Source of the DNA: Candidatus Yanofskybacteria bacterium
GTDB taxonomy: Bacteria; Patescibacteriota; Minisyncoccia; 2-02-FULL-40-12; IGHO2-01-FULL-4-A
DNA length: 64,000 nucleotides
Direction: 5' to 3'
NCBI GenBank assembly: GCA_016185545.1
Contig: JACPNJ010000005.1
Coordinates: forward strand, 4,549-68,548
Below, one piece after another: positions 40,915-50,125 of this stretch. The notes under the pieces were generated by a model. It worked only from the letters and a program-made list of their open reading frames with translations, was not told where the DNA came from and searched no databases. A program made the position numbers and the translations under genes. Each line of letters begins with the position of its first letter. Positions within the stretch are counted from its first letter, which is position 1.

Positions 40915-41118
40915 AGTTTCCTCCTATTGAGCGCTATTCCCTTGCGGGATAGCAGAAATTGGCTGCCTGATTGCAGCCCCCAAACTCTTAAATAGATTCG
41001 GGATTGGGGGCTACAATCAGTAAAAATGACATTCAAAAAAACCTTTTATACCTTAATTATACACCCAAAAGCACAGAAAAGTCAATAGCACGAAAAACCT
41101 TGAAAAATAGGGTTAAGT

Positions 41119-41973
41119 TTAAATTTTTCCCACCGATCCAAAGAGCTCCAGATATTTTTTAATCATTCTCTTCATCTCTTCATAAGAGGACTTGAGGTAT
41201 TTGTAGGGCGTGGTTTCTTTGGGTTCTTTTTCAAGTTCTTCATGCAATGTATCATGATAAGCCACGCGGAGCTCGGTGTTAATGTGGACATTGGCGATAC
41301 CGTTTTGTATCGCCATTTTTATTTCTTCAGCCGGTAAGCCCGAAGCACCATGCAGCACAAGCGGCACTACAGGTATGGCTTGAACTATTTTTTTTAGATG
41401 CCCAATGTCTAAATGCTCTTCCTGATTAGTAACGATTCCGTGGATATTGCCGAAAGCTACGGCAAGCCGGTCAACACCAGTGCGCGTGACAAAATCGCGC
41501 GCCTGCTCCGGTTGAGTATAATCCGCCGGACTTATTTCTATTTTCTCCTGAACTTCCGAACTGCCACGCAAATATCCCAATTCTCCCTCAACCTCTAAGT
41601 TAAAGGATTGGGCGTAATCAACAACTTTTTTGGTTAGAACTATGTTTTCTTCGTATGAATGTTTTGATGCATCTATAAGTACTGAATCATAACCGGCATT
41701 AACGACGGCTTTGGTTGTTTCCCAACTTTTATGATGGTCGGCATTCAGGAAAACCGCGTGGCCATTTTTCTGATATGATTTAACCAAAGCCACCGCCTGT
41801 TCCCTGCCGACAAAATCCGCTTCGCTTTCCGAGGTCCCGACCATAATCGGCGATTTCAGCTCCATCGCCGCCTCAACAAACGCCTTGAGCTGGTCTGCCG
41901 TAGAAAAATTAAAATGCCCCAGCGCCCATTTGTCCGCCACCGCTTCATTAAAATACTGTTTTAAGGTTTTCAT
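41119..41973 (-). CDS. fba: Class II fructose-bisphosphate aldolase
   Basis: LNADHH, SVLIDAS, VEGELG, AVAFGNIHG, LVLHGASG and HINTELR. Confidence 0.92.
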   Translation of the reverse strand: MKTLKQYFNEAVADKWALGHFNFSTADQLKAFVEAAMELKSPIMVGTSESEADFVGREQAVALVKSYQKNGHAVFLNADHHKSWETTKAVVNAGYDSVLIDASKHSYEENIVLTKKVVDYAQSFNLEVEGELGYLRGSSEVQEKIEISPADYTQPEQARDFVTRTGVDRLAVAFGNIHGIVTNQEEHLDIGHLKKIVQAIPVVPLVLHGASGLPAEEIKMAIQNGIANVHINTELRVAYHDTLHEELEKEPKETTPYKYLKSSYEEMKRMIKKYLELFGSVGKI

Positions 41974-41979
41974 AAATTC

Positions 41980-42180
41980 AGATTGACATCTGATTTTCTT
42001 ACAACATCATGTCTTCCTGTAAATCTTCCTCGTTGAGCTATGGATTCCTTAAAATATGCGGTTATCCATTCCCCCTCCGCCTACTGGCTACGGGGCCCGC
42101 ATATTTCTTAAGGAATCATATACGCTCAACTCGTTGATTTACTAGTCGGCAGATGAATGACGAAAATCAGATATCAATCT
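41980..42180. repeat. ~200-nt rod-like hairpin element, family B (copy 1)
   Basis: Long imperfect self-complementary stem; homologous to the reverse complement of 44519-44696. Confidence 0.82.
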
Positions 42181-42206
42181 TATTTTATTAGCCGTGAACT
42201 ACAAGC

Positions 42207-42349
42207 GAGTCATAATACATTTTGGGACTTTTTGGGGCAGGCCCCAGCATGGTTTTGTCATAGGCCTTGCGCCTTGACAAATGGGGCTGCTCCAACAAGA
42301 TGAGCCGAACTCGCTGGGCTCGGCGAAGTTTCCAAAAGGTATTATGACG
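42207..42349. repeat. Structured intergenic element with terminal inverted repeats
   Basis: gtcataatac...gtattatgac ends with GC-rich internal hairpins; single copy in the window. Confidence 0.45.
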
Positions 42350-42370
42350 AGCTGTTAAACGAATGGCGAT

Positions 42371-43630
42371 TTACAATTTGATTAATCCATCTATTATATT
42401 CTCTTCTACCAACTCCTCAATTTTATCACGCCCCAGATATTCAATAAAAATCTTATTCCAAAGCGCCTCTTGCTGGTGATAAAGATATTTAATTTCGCCT
42501 TTTTTGACTAAAGACATGACCAGATCTATCAAGTCAAAGCTTACCAATTCATCGTTTGTCGGACCGCTTATGCCATCATGGAAAAAATCGCCGACAAAAT
42601 CCAATCCTTGCCAAAAACCGAACGTCCTGCCCTCCACGCCAAGCAATGTGGCAATTTTACCCAAGTCGCCTTCGGCCTTATACCAGTGTTCCGCCTCCGG
42701 ATTAAAATGCGGTTCCATCAGCCTAAAATCATCCGGGTCGTCCTTGGCCAAATATCTTTGCACGATTCGCAAACTGTTTTCATCCGGCAATGGCGCTTCG
42801 TTTACATCCCCACGCAAAAGCGATTTTAATTTAACAGTAAAGTTCTTTTCGTTGGAAAATTTCCTGAATAACTTAGAATAAAACGGCACCTCGTTGAGAT
42901 AGTGAAGAATTAATGTAAATAATCGTAGCGTTTCGCCCGGCGTGTCAATCTTAAGCGGAATTATAAAAATCACGCCGAATTCTTTCAAATGGCTGACATT
43001 GTGATATTTTTTTTCTAAAAATTTCTCGGCGACATCAAGCCATTGCGGTTCAAGTATTTTCAACACAACCCCTCGCTCCTCAAAGTCGTCAGCCGTTAAA
43101 TCATCGTAGGCCTTATCAAAAAATTCATGCATCCATTTTTGGTCTTGTGCGAACCGAAGCGAACTGAAGACCGATTCAAAGCCCTGTTTTTCAACTAATT
43201 CGGAAGCAGTTTGATATTCAAAATGTTTCAGAAGATTTTGCGGCGGAAATTCTTCAAGCATTTGAACGGCTTTATCTTTTTTTATAAAAAAACCCTCTGC
43301 TGGCTGATTGAGTTTAAGCGCTATATCGCAAAGCTGTCCGCAAACTGATGACATTTTAGAAAGATCGGGTTTGCCCAAAAAATTATAAAGATGCTCATCC
43401 ATATGCTCAATGCGCTTAGCAAGAATGTTATAAACATCCTTGGCATGGCATATATCAACTGACAGTCCCAGTTCTTCCAGCGTTCTCCCGATTAAAATCC
43501 TATTTTCCTCGGCTACGCGTTCAATAACGCCGGATTTGCCGGTCAGTTTATCCATTTTTTTCTCCAAACCCAAAAGCACCTCAGGTTTGGTGCGCAAGAT
43601 ACGGGCAAGTTTTGTATGAGCTTCAGACAT
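42371..43630 (-). CDS. Conserved hypothetical protein
   Basis: 419-aa ORF with protein-like composition (HNVSHLKEFG, LHYLNEV, NPEAEHW); family not recognised. Confidence 0.75.
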   Translation of the reverse strand: MSEAHTKLARILRTKPEVLLGLEKKMDKLTGKSGVIERVAEENRILIGRTLEELGLSVDICHAKDVYNILAKRIEHMDEHLYNFLGKPDLSKMSSVCGQLCDIALKLNQPAEGFFIKKDKAVQMLEEFPPQNLLKHFEYQTASELVEKQGFESVFSSLRFAQDQKWMHEFFDKAYDDLTADDFEERGVVLKILEPQWLDVAEKFLEKKYHNVSHLKEFGVIFIIPLKIDTPGETLRLFTLILHYLNEVPFYSKLFRKFSNEKNFTVKLKSLLRGDVNEAPLPDENSLRIVQRYLAKDDPDDFRLMEPHFNPEAEHWYKAEGDLGKIATLLGVEGRTFGFWQGLDFVGDFFHDGISGPTNDELVSFDLIDLVMSLVKKGEIKYLYHQQEALWNKIFIEYLGRDKIEELVEENIIDGLIKL

Positions 43631-43677
43631 AAATTTGGTTGACTAAATTTTGGGTTTTGCTAGGGTTACGATGCGGT

Positions 43678-43748
43678 GGGAGTGGCTCAGCGCAAGACCT
43701 AATCTCACCAGTTAGAGTCTTCGGGGTGCAAATCCCCGCACTTCCACC
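43678..43748 (+). ncRNA. Degenerate tRNA-like structure
   Basis: Acceptor GGGAGTG/CACTTCC (G3:U70), anticodon arm CTAAT-CTCACCA-GTTAG, T arm CGGGG-TGCAAAT-CCCCG, and a truncated D region. Confidence 0.45.
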
Positions 43749-43776
43749 GCCTTAAGAGATATCAACAAGTGAAACT

Positions 43777-43805
43777 TTGACATTAAATTACTATTTTGCT
43801 AGACT
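43777..43805 (+). promoter_or_regulatory. Sigma70-type promoter
   Basis: TTGACA-17 bp-TAGACT with an extended -10 TG. Confidence 0.6.
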
Positions 43806-43810
43806 TTTAG

Positions 43811-43875
43811 TAACTGGTGAGATTAGAATTTTGTACTGAGTTAAGGTTCGCCAACTCCCGCCTCGGCGGGTTTTT
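43811..43875 (+). ncRNA. Candidate ~65-nt sRNA complementary to the tRNA-like RNA
   Basis: Starts just after the promoter; 43811-43826 is the exact reverse complement of 43699-43714; ends in cccgcc-tc-ggcggg-TTTTT. Confidence 0.45.
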
Positions 43876-43931
43876 GGTTTTGTTATAAATATAGCAAAAT
43901 AAGGGGTTTTTAACAATTTTGCAATAAACAC

Positions 43932-43961
43932 TTGACAATGCCTAGGCGATTTTGCTATACT
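43932..43961 (+). promoter_or_regulatory. Sigma70-type promoter
   Basis: TTGACA-18 bp-TATACT with an extended -10 TG. Confidence 0.65.
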
Positions 43962-43967
43962 TAAGAC

Positions 43968-44497
43968 AGGCTGGAGTGTGGGTGAAAGGTGCTGTTACCT
44001 TGACACACCTGACGCTTTCGGAGGCTGGCTGCGTTTCGCTCATGTTTCCTAAGACAGGCCGGAATTGTTGGCTAATCCGACCCCACACTCTCAACCCAGC
44101 TCTTTATACCAGAATCACGAACCCCGCTCCACACTCCGCCTTTATTGCGGAACTCAAGTAAGTCATTTGGAGCTAGTCCTGACAAGTTCAGGGCAAAAAG
44201 GTTCGCATTAAGTTTCGATTTTGCTGGTTGTGTGCCTTGAGGTTCCCTCACCCCATGGAATCGTGAACTGGAAAATTCACGAAGAGACACACACGATTGG
44301 CCGCCTAACCAGCATTTTGGCGGCTTACGGCACTCTGCCGTAGTTTACCCCACGTTGGCCAAGCTAGCGACAGGGGAATACCGCCCAGTCCTGCCATGAG
44401 GGTGGCTAGTGGTTGTTCCAGCAACCATGACAAGGACTCGAACCTACTAGGGGCAAAGTAGGCGTGCCGGATGCTATCACGATAGGCCGGCTTTTTT
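43968..44497 (+). ncRNA. Candidate large structured non-coding RNA (~530 nt), class unidentified
   Basis: GC-rich relative to flanks, many hairpins, no credible ORF, bounded by a promoter and a gccgg...ccggc-TTTTTT terminator. Confidence 0.55.
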
Positions 44498-44518
44498 ATT
44501 TTTAATTGGACATAGCAA

Positions 44519-44696
44519 GCCCCTTAGTTTTTCGTCATTCGTCTGCCGACTAACAAATTGCCGAGTTGAGCGTATATTGTTCCGCTGAAATATGCGGGTC
44601 GCGAAGCAGGAATGGATAACCGCATATTTCTAGGAACAATAGCTCAACGAATGCAATTTGTAGGAAGGCATGACGTTGTAAGAAAAATTAAGGGGC
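44519..44696. repeat. Rod-like hairpin element, family B (copy 2, inverted)
   Basis: Shares cores such as aaatatgcggttatccattcc, atatacgctcaactcg and tagtcggcaga with copy 1 on the opposite strand. Confidence 0.82.
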
Positions 44697-44764
44697 GAGC
44701 GATGTTTTTGAAAAAACTTACTACTAAACTTATATACATTTGCACCGATGTGCTCAGTATTTCG

Positions 44765-45739
44765 TCACCTTCGTTCCTTAACCTCAACTAACGGCCATGT
44801 GCCCCAGTCACCTTTTTTAAGTATCCCCTCCTTACTCCCCACCTTCGTTACCACCGACGAGGAATTCGCCGTGGCAAACTGCATCGCTTTCTTAATGTCT
44901 CCGCTCCTCATATATTCTGCTACAAATCCTGAATTATAGGCATCTCCTGCTCCAGTCCGTTCAATGATCGGCGAGTCCGGCACCCCGGCAGAATAAAAAA
45001 CATCTTTGGCAAAAACTTTTGAGCCATTGTGTCCATCGGTCAATATAACCATGCCGCAACAGGTCAGTGATAACTTTTTTAATGTTTCCTCAACTTCTTC
45101 GGGTTTCGTACCGACCAACTGCGCGCCTTCTTCTTTATTCACCGCGAAAATATCAATATGCTTCAGGAGCGGCTCTAGTTTTTCAAAACCAAGTTCTAAT
45201 TCTTTGCCTCCGGGATTACAGGCAATTTTAATATTATTTTTTACAGCATGATTAACCAGCGCTTCAAATAAATCGTAATGCCCGCCAAGAGAATCAATAT
45301 AAAACCATTTAGCCTTTAATTTGCTAAAAGGTATATTTTTTACATCAAAATGCTGGCCCTCGCCCTTGTAGCTTAAAATTGTCCTCTCAGCATTAGGATT
45401 CATTAAAATCACGGAATAAGCAGTGCTGTCGTCACCATGAACCTGAAATAATGGTTCTATTTTTTCTTTTTTAAGTTCTTCGATTATCTCTTTGCCGGTC
45501 ATATCGTTACCAATAACCCCGACACAGGCAGCTTTAAATCCTTGCCGCCCAAACGTAACCGCTGAATTTGTTCCCCCGCCACCAGTAGTAAAAACAATTT
45601 CTTTTATACTAAGCTTGGAACCAAGCGAAAAACATTGTTCAACGCCAGTCGGCGAATCGGCATGTTTGCGCAATTCAACACCCTCCATTTTGAGAAAAAC
45701 GTCTCTAGTCGCCGAACCGATTGTAATAATGTCATACAT
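44765..45739 (-). CDS. PfkB family carbohydrate kinase
   Basis: IGSATRD, GGGGTNSAV, NKEE and ERTGAGDAYNSGF. Confidence 0.92.
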   Translation of the reverse strand: MYDIITIGSATRDVFLKMEGVELRKHADSPTGVEQCFSLGSKLSIKEIVFTTGGGGTNSAVTFGRQGFKAACVGVIGNDMTGKEIIEELKKEKIEPLFQVHGDDSTAYSVILMNPNAERTILSYKGEGQHFDVKNIPFSKLKAKWFYIDSLGGHYDLFEALVNHAVKNNIKIACNPGGKELELGFEKLEPLLKHIDIFAVNKEEGAQLVGTKPEEVEETLKKLSLTCCGMVILTDGHNGSKVFAKDVFYSAGVPDSPIIERTGAGDAYNSGFVAEYMRSGDIKKAMQFATANSSSVVTKVGSKEGILKKGDWGTWPLVEVKERR

Positions 45740-45803
45740 AGAAAATTCAAAACTCAAATTATAAATTTTAAAACAGTTTTATACTTTGAATTTTAGATTT
45801 CAT

Positions 45804-46466
45804 TTAAAATTTAAAATTTGAATTTGGTTGATTGTCAGTAGCAGCTTGCAATTTTTGAATTGCCGCTTTGATATCCTTGCTCTCCCAAATATAACTTCCT
45901 GCTACCAACATGCTTGCCCCTGCCTCAATCAGTTTAGGTGCCGTCTCCGGTGTCACCCCTCCATCTACTTCAATCGGCTTATCAGGATAATAAAAATGAA
46001 AATCTTTTATTTTTTCCACAACCGATTCCACAAATTCGCCTCCGTAAAACCCGGGCTCAACAGTCATAAAATGCACAAAATCAACTTGATCAATGTACGG
46101 TCCAATTTTATTGACCGGGGTTTGGGGATTGACCGCAATACCTATTGTTTTATCCGCCTCTTTGACCGCATCTATTACTTCTTGAGCCTTATTTGTTGCT
46201 TCAATATGGAAAATAAATTTGTCAGCTGGGGTTTCAAGCCAGCGGACAATGTGATTCTCGGGTTTTGAAACCATCAAATGAACCCCGATTTTTAAATTTG
46301 TATCCAACGACTCCACTTCTTCAAATCCCAGCATTGTCATATTAGGCACAAAAATCCCATCGGCAATATCAAGGTGAATACGTTCAACATGCGTTTCAAC
46401 TGCCAAAATTTTACTTAGCAATTCCTCTTTAGTTTTAACCAGAATTGAAGGTATTACCTCTGTCAT
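45804..46466 (-). CDS. rpe: Ribulose-phosphate 3-epimerase
   Basis: IPSIL, HLDIADGIFVPN, VHLMV, MTVEPGFYG and EVDGGV. Confidence 0.95.
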   Translation of the reverse strand: MTEVIPSILVKTKEELLSKILAVETHVERIHLDIADGIFVPNMTMLGFEEVESLDTNLKIGVHLMVSKPENHIVRWLETPADKFIFHIEATNKAQEVIDAVKEADKTIGIAVNPQTPVNKIGPYIDQVDFVHFMTVEPGFYGGEFVESVVEKIKDFHFYYPDKPIEVDGGVTPETAPKLIEAGASMLVAGSYIWESKDIKAAIQKLQAATDNQPNSNFKF

Positions 46467-47455
46467 TTTATCAAATTTGGCGGGGTTCTGCCCTCTAGCG
46501 CCTCTATTATATTTGTCGCGGCAAGTTCTGCCATTTTATTGCGCGTTTCTCGCGTTGCCGAGGCAATGTGCGGCGTCAGAATTATGTTTTCTAACTTTTT
46601 CAATTCCGGCGTAATTTCCGGCTCGTATTCAAAAACATCAATGGCCGCTCCTCTTATTACCCCATTTTTTAATGCCGCCGCAAGCGCTTTTTCGTCAACT
46701 ATCGGCCCACGGGAAGTATTAATCAAATATGCCGACGGTTTCATTTTCTTGAACCGTTCTTCGTTGATAAAATGGCGGGTAGAGTCCAATAACGGCACGT
46801 GGATTGATACAAAATCGCATTGAGGCAATAATTCATCAACATTAGAAACATAAACCGCGCCGTATTCTTTTTCAAAATCAGGATTTTGTTTGGGGTCGTA
46901 ATACAAAACTTTCATGCCGAATCCTTTGACCGCGTGATATGCCACTCGTGAACCGATACGACCAAGACCAAGCACACCGAGAGTTTTGCCGGAAACATCC
47001 GTGCCAAGCAATAATTCTGGCCCCCAAGCCTTATATTTATCGGCGCGCGAGAATCTATCGGCTTCAGCAATGCGATGGGCAATAGAGAGCACTAAAGCAA
47101 AGGTATGTTCGGCTACAGTGTCAGTCAGGACGCCGGGGGTGTTAGTTACCATAACTCCTTTCTGTTTGGCCGCCCCAACATCAACATTATCAAAGCCAAC
47201 CGCGTAATTGGCAATTACTTTTAATGTTGGCAAACCGGCATCAATCACTTCGACGGTAATCTGATCAGTTAGAACCGAAAGCAAGGCATCGAAGGGTTTT
47301 CCTTCGCCCTGAGCTTGTTGAAGAACGGCAATCATTTCTTCCTGGGTTGCCGCCCGCTCCAGTGCCGCTTCGTTTACAACAACTTCGTAGCCCTTATCGT
47401 GCAGAATCTTGAGCCCAGCTTCTGGGATTGGTCTTGTGATAAATATTTTCGGCAT
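46463..47455 (-). CDS. D-2-hydroxyacid dehydrogenase (glyoxylate reductase/D-glycerate dehydrogenase)
   Basis: NYAVGFDNVD, TNTPGVLT, GLGRIG, INTSRGPIVDE, DVFEYEP and TPHIASA. Confidence 0.92.
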   Translation of the reverse strand: MPKIFITRPIPEAGLKILHDKGYEVVVNEAALERAATQEEMIAVLQQAQGEGKPFDALLSVLTDQITVEVIDAGLPTLKVIANYAVGFDNVDVGAAKQKGVMVTNTPGVLTDTVAEHTFALVLSIAHRIAEADRFSRADKYKAWGPELLLGTDVSGKTLGVLGLGRIGSRVAYHAVKGFGMKVLYYDPKQNPDFEKEYGAVYVSNVDELLPQCDFVSIHVPLLDSTRHFINEERFKKMKPSAYLINTSRGPIVDEKALAAALKNGVIRGAAIDVFEYEPEITPELKKLENIILTPHIASATRETRNKMAELAATNIIEALEGRTPPNLIK

Positions 47456-47462
47456 ATCTTGA

Positions 47463-47705
47463 TTATAACTTTTTTAAAATTTTATTTAAATCTTTCGCCC
47501 CAACTTCAAGGTCTTCAAAAATCGCTTTGAGAGTTCGCCTGTTGATATCTTTAGCACCGTGATTAGGAATAGTAGTTTGCCGACTGTCTGTGTCGCGTCG
47601 CCAGATTTCGTGGCTACCCTTAGCAGTTCTGGCCAAATAAAAACCAAGATGCTTGGCCACCTTGGCTATTTTTCGGTAGTTAATGGCTGGAAATTCTTTG
47701 CTCAT
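47463..47705 (-). CDS. hicA: HicA family toxin
   Basis: LGFYLARTAKGSHEIW...TTIPNH...TLKAI. Confidence 0.88.
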   Translation of the reverse strand: MSKEFPAINYRKIAKVAKHLGFYLARTAKGSHEIWRRDTDSRQTTIPNHGAKDINRRTLKAIFEDLEVGAKDLNKILKKL

Positions 47706-47959
47706 TTGAAAGCCATCGGCAACGGTATGTTAATTCTCGGCTCATCGCTTATCTCAATGCTGGACATATTCTCATTGTGTTCTCTTTTTACTTCTACATG
47801 TTTCTCAATAACATCTTGTAAATTATCTATCGCCTCACCTAAAGTTTTGCCCTCGGCATGGGCACCTTGTACAATATCAGTAAATGCAAAATATCCGCCT
47901 ATCGTCGGTTCAACAGTAATTGGAAAAATCTTGTATTGTGATTTAAAAACTTTTTTCAT
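47702..47959 (-). CDS. hicB: HicB family antitoxin (short, no DNA-binding tail)
   Basis: GGYFA...GAHAEGKTLGEAIDNLQDVI; overlaps the hicA start (ATGA). Confidence 0.85.
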   Translation of the reverse strand: MKKVFKSQYKIFPITVEPTIGGYFAFTDIVQGAHAEGKTLGEAIDNLQDVIEKHVEVKREHNENMSSIEISDEPRINIPLPMAFK

Positions 47960-48163
47960 ATCTTTACTTTAAATAATAGCATACGTACCCATTATATTTC
48001 AACTATTGACAAAATACCATATCAAGGCCTTGCAGAATTTGGGGCTTTCGTTGTTGGTCTTGGCGCCCTATTTGCTCTTGAGATAACGGGATCGTTCTTA
48101 ACTAGTCGCTCCAACTAGACACCCGGAAAAGACCCCGGACAAGCGTGCAATCAGCACGCTTGT

Positions 48164-48604
48164 CTATTTTTCTAAATCTTTTATTTTGCTTACTCTTCTT
48201 ACGTGTCTTTCAGCGTTGGAAAACTTGGTTTCTAAAAATACTTTTACGGTATTTTGGACTCGATTTTCGTCAATATAATCCGCTGATATGGCTAAAACGT
48301 TCAAATCCTCATCGTTCACCGAGGCACGCGCTTGTTCCGGCGTCATTGCGGTTCCAGCACGTATGCCCTTTATTTTATTAGCCGCAATCGCAACTCCGAT
48401 ACCTGAACCGCAAATCAAGATGCCTTTGCTGTCTAGATTGGCAATAACTTTTTCCGCTACCGCTTTGGCGAAATCAGGATAATCATCGTCTTTGTTATAT
48501 TCATGCGCTCCCATATCATCGTACTCAAATTTCCAATCTGAAAGCCAAGATTTAATCTTTTCCTTTAGCTCATATCCGCGATGATCGGCACCTATATATA
48601 TCAT
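48164..48604 (-). CDS. rpiB: Ribose-5-phosphate isomerase B
   Basis: IGADHRGYELK, DDYPD, ICGSGIGVAIAANK and RHVRRV. Confidence 0.95.
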   Translation of the reverse strand: MIYIGADHRGYELKEKIKSWLSDWKFEYDDMGAHEYNKDDDYPDFAKAVAEKVIANLDSKGILICGSGIGVAIAANKIKGIRAGTAMTPEQARASVNDEDLNVLAISADYIDENRVQNTVKVFLETKFSNAERHVRRVSKIKDLEK

Positions 48605-48677
48605 TTTAATTTATTTAAGCGCCATAAAGCCACGGTAAACTTTTAGTTGGTGGCTTATAGCTTATAATTATTATATC

Positions 48678-50093
48678 ATGAATCTTATGAAAAAACATAT
48701 ACTGTTGATTATAATTATTGTTGCCAGTTTGGCAACGCATTTTTTGTTTTTCGGACAGCCGCGTGAAACGGTTTTTGATGAAGTACATTTCGGTAAATTC
48801 ATTTCGGGATATTTTACTCATGAGTATTTTTTTGACATTCATCCGCCGCTTGGCAAATTGATAATCTCCGGCATGGGTTATGCTGCTGATTTTGAACCGG
48901 GTTTTAATTTCGCCGAAATCGGCCAAAAATTCCCTGATAACGCATATATGTGGTTGCGGCTCTTGCCGACAATCGCCGGCACGCTTCTGCCAATTGTTAT
49001 TTATTTTTTAATTCTTGAATTAGGCATGTCGCGCCTAGCGGCATTCGCCGGCGGAATGCTAGTTATCCTTGAAAATGCTCTTTTGGTCCAATCACGTATT
49101 ATTTTACTTGACTCATTTTTGCTTTTATTCGGCTTTTTAGCTTTTCTTTTTTATCTTCTTCACCGTCATATTGCACGACATCGCATGTCGTGCAATTGGG
49201 TATATTTGCTTTTAAGCGGGATTTTTGGCGCATTGGCGGTTTCAGTCAAATGGACTGGCGCCACATTCTTAGCAATTATCGTAATCTTATACTTCATTGA
49301 TTTGCTTAAATCACAACAAAAACTCAAGGTCATGGTACGAGATTTAGGTTTTCTTGTTATTTTGCCGCTTATCATCTATTTTTCCGTTTTCGCTTTGCAT
49401 TTTTCTCTTTTATCAAAATCCGGTCCCGGTGATGCCTTTATGAGTCCCGAGTTCCGCAAAACCCTTGTTGGCAGTGCTGACAGCGCCAATGCTGATTTGA
49501 GACCACTCAATGTTTTCCAGAAATTCAACGAGTTAAATCTTCAAATGTATAAATCAAATGCCACGTTAACAGCCGGCCATCCCTATTCCAGCAAATGGTA
49601 CACCTGGCCATTTATGATTAGGCCGATATATTATTGGAACGATTCTGCAAGCGAGCAGCAGTCACGCATATATTTTTTAGGTAATCCGGTTATCTGGTGG
49701 ATATCAACAGCGGCTATATTTTATTTGCTCTTAAACGCCGCGTATTCAATATTTCGACTTGCGATTTTGAAAGTATTAAAAAAATTCCATGATTTTTCGA
49801 ATTACAAGATTAAGACATTATCGGTCTTGCTAGTCGGAGTATATCTGTTTAATCTTTTGCCATTCATCAGTATCAAACGAGCCATGTTTTTATATCACTA
49901 TATGGTTGGTTTGATTTTTGCCATAATCACTTTGGTTTATCTGATAGATCAAACTAAAAATAAAAAAAGGATCTTTATGATCCTTTTGGCTGCAAGTTTT
50001 GCCGCATTTATTTTTTTCGCCCCTCTTTCTTACGGCCTACCGCTTACTGAAAGAGCTTACAATTTCCGTGTCTGGTTACCAACCTGGTTATAA
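48678..50093 (+). CDS. Protein O-mannosyltransferase-like (GT39/PMT) glycosyltransferase
   Basis: VFDEVHFG, FDIHPPLGK, SRIILLD, SVKWTG, HPYSSKWYTWP, GNPVIWW and FLYHY. Confidence 0.88.
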   Translation: MNLMKKHILLIIIIVASLATHFLFFGQPRETVFDEVHFGKFISGYFTHEYFFDIHPPLGKLIISGMGYAADFEPGFNFAEIGQKFPDNAYMWLRLLPTIAGTLLPIVIYFLILELGMSRLAAFAGGMLVILENALLVQSRIILLDSFLLLFGFLAFLFYLLHRHIARHRMSCNWVYLLLSGIFGALAVSVKWTGATFLAIIVILYFIDLLKSQQKLKVMVRDLGFLVILPLIIYFSVFALHFSLLSKSGPGDAFMSPEFRKTLVGSADSANADLRPLNVFQKFNELNLQMYKSNATLTAGHPYSSKWYTWPFMIRPIYYWNDSASEQQSRIYFLGNPVIWWISTAAIFYLLLNAAYSIFRLAILKVLKKFHDFSNYKIKTLSVLLVGVYLFNLLPFISIKRAMFLYHYMVGLIFAIITLVYLIDQTKNKKRIFMILLAASFAAFIFFAPLSYGLPLTERAYNFRVWLPTWL

Positions 50094-50125
50094 TATGATA
50101 ATTTTCTATATCTCATAATTTGCCT

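Noticed and set aside
43952-44290. Short ORFs of 69 aa (+) and 72 aa (-)
   Set aside because: Non-ATG starts (the + one inside the promoter), no recognisable SD or motifs, and they overlap dense RNA structure.
43968-44497. RNase P RNA, tmRNA or self-splicing intron
   Set aside because: By eye there is no GAGGAAAGTCC core, no tmRNA termini with a stop-terminated tag, and no intron catalytic motifs. A covariance search is still needed to exclude divergent forms.
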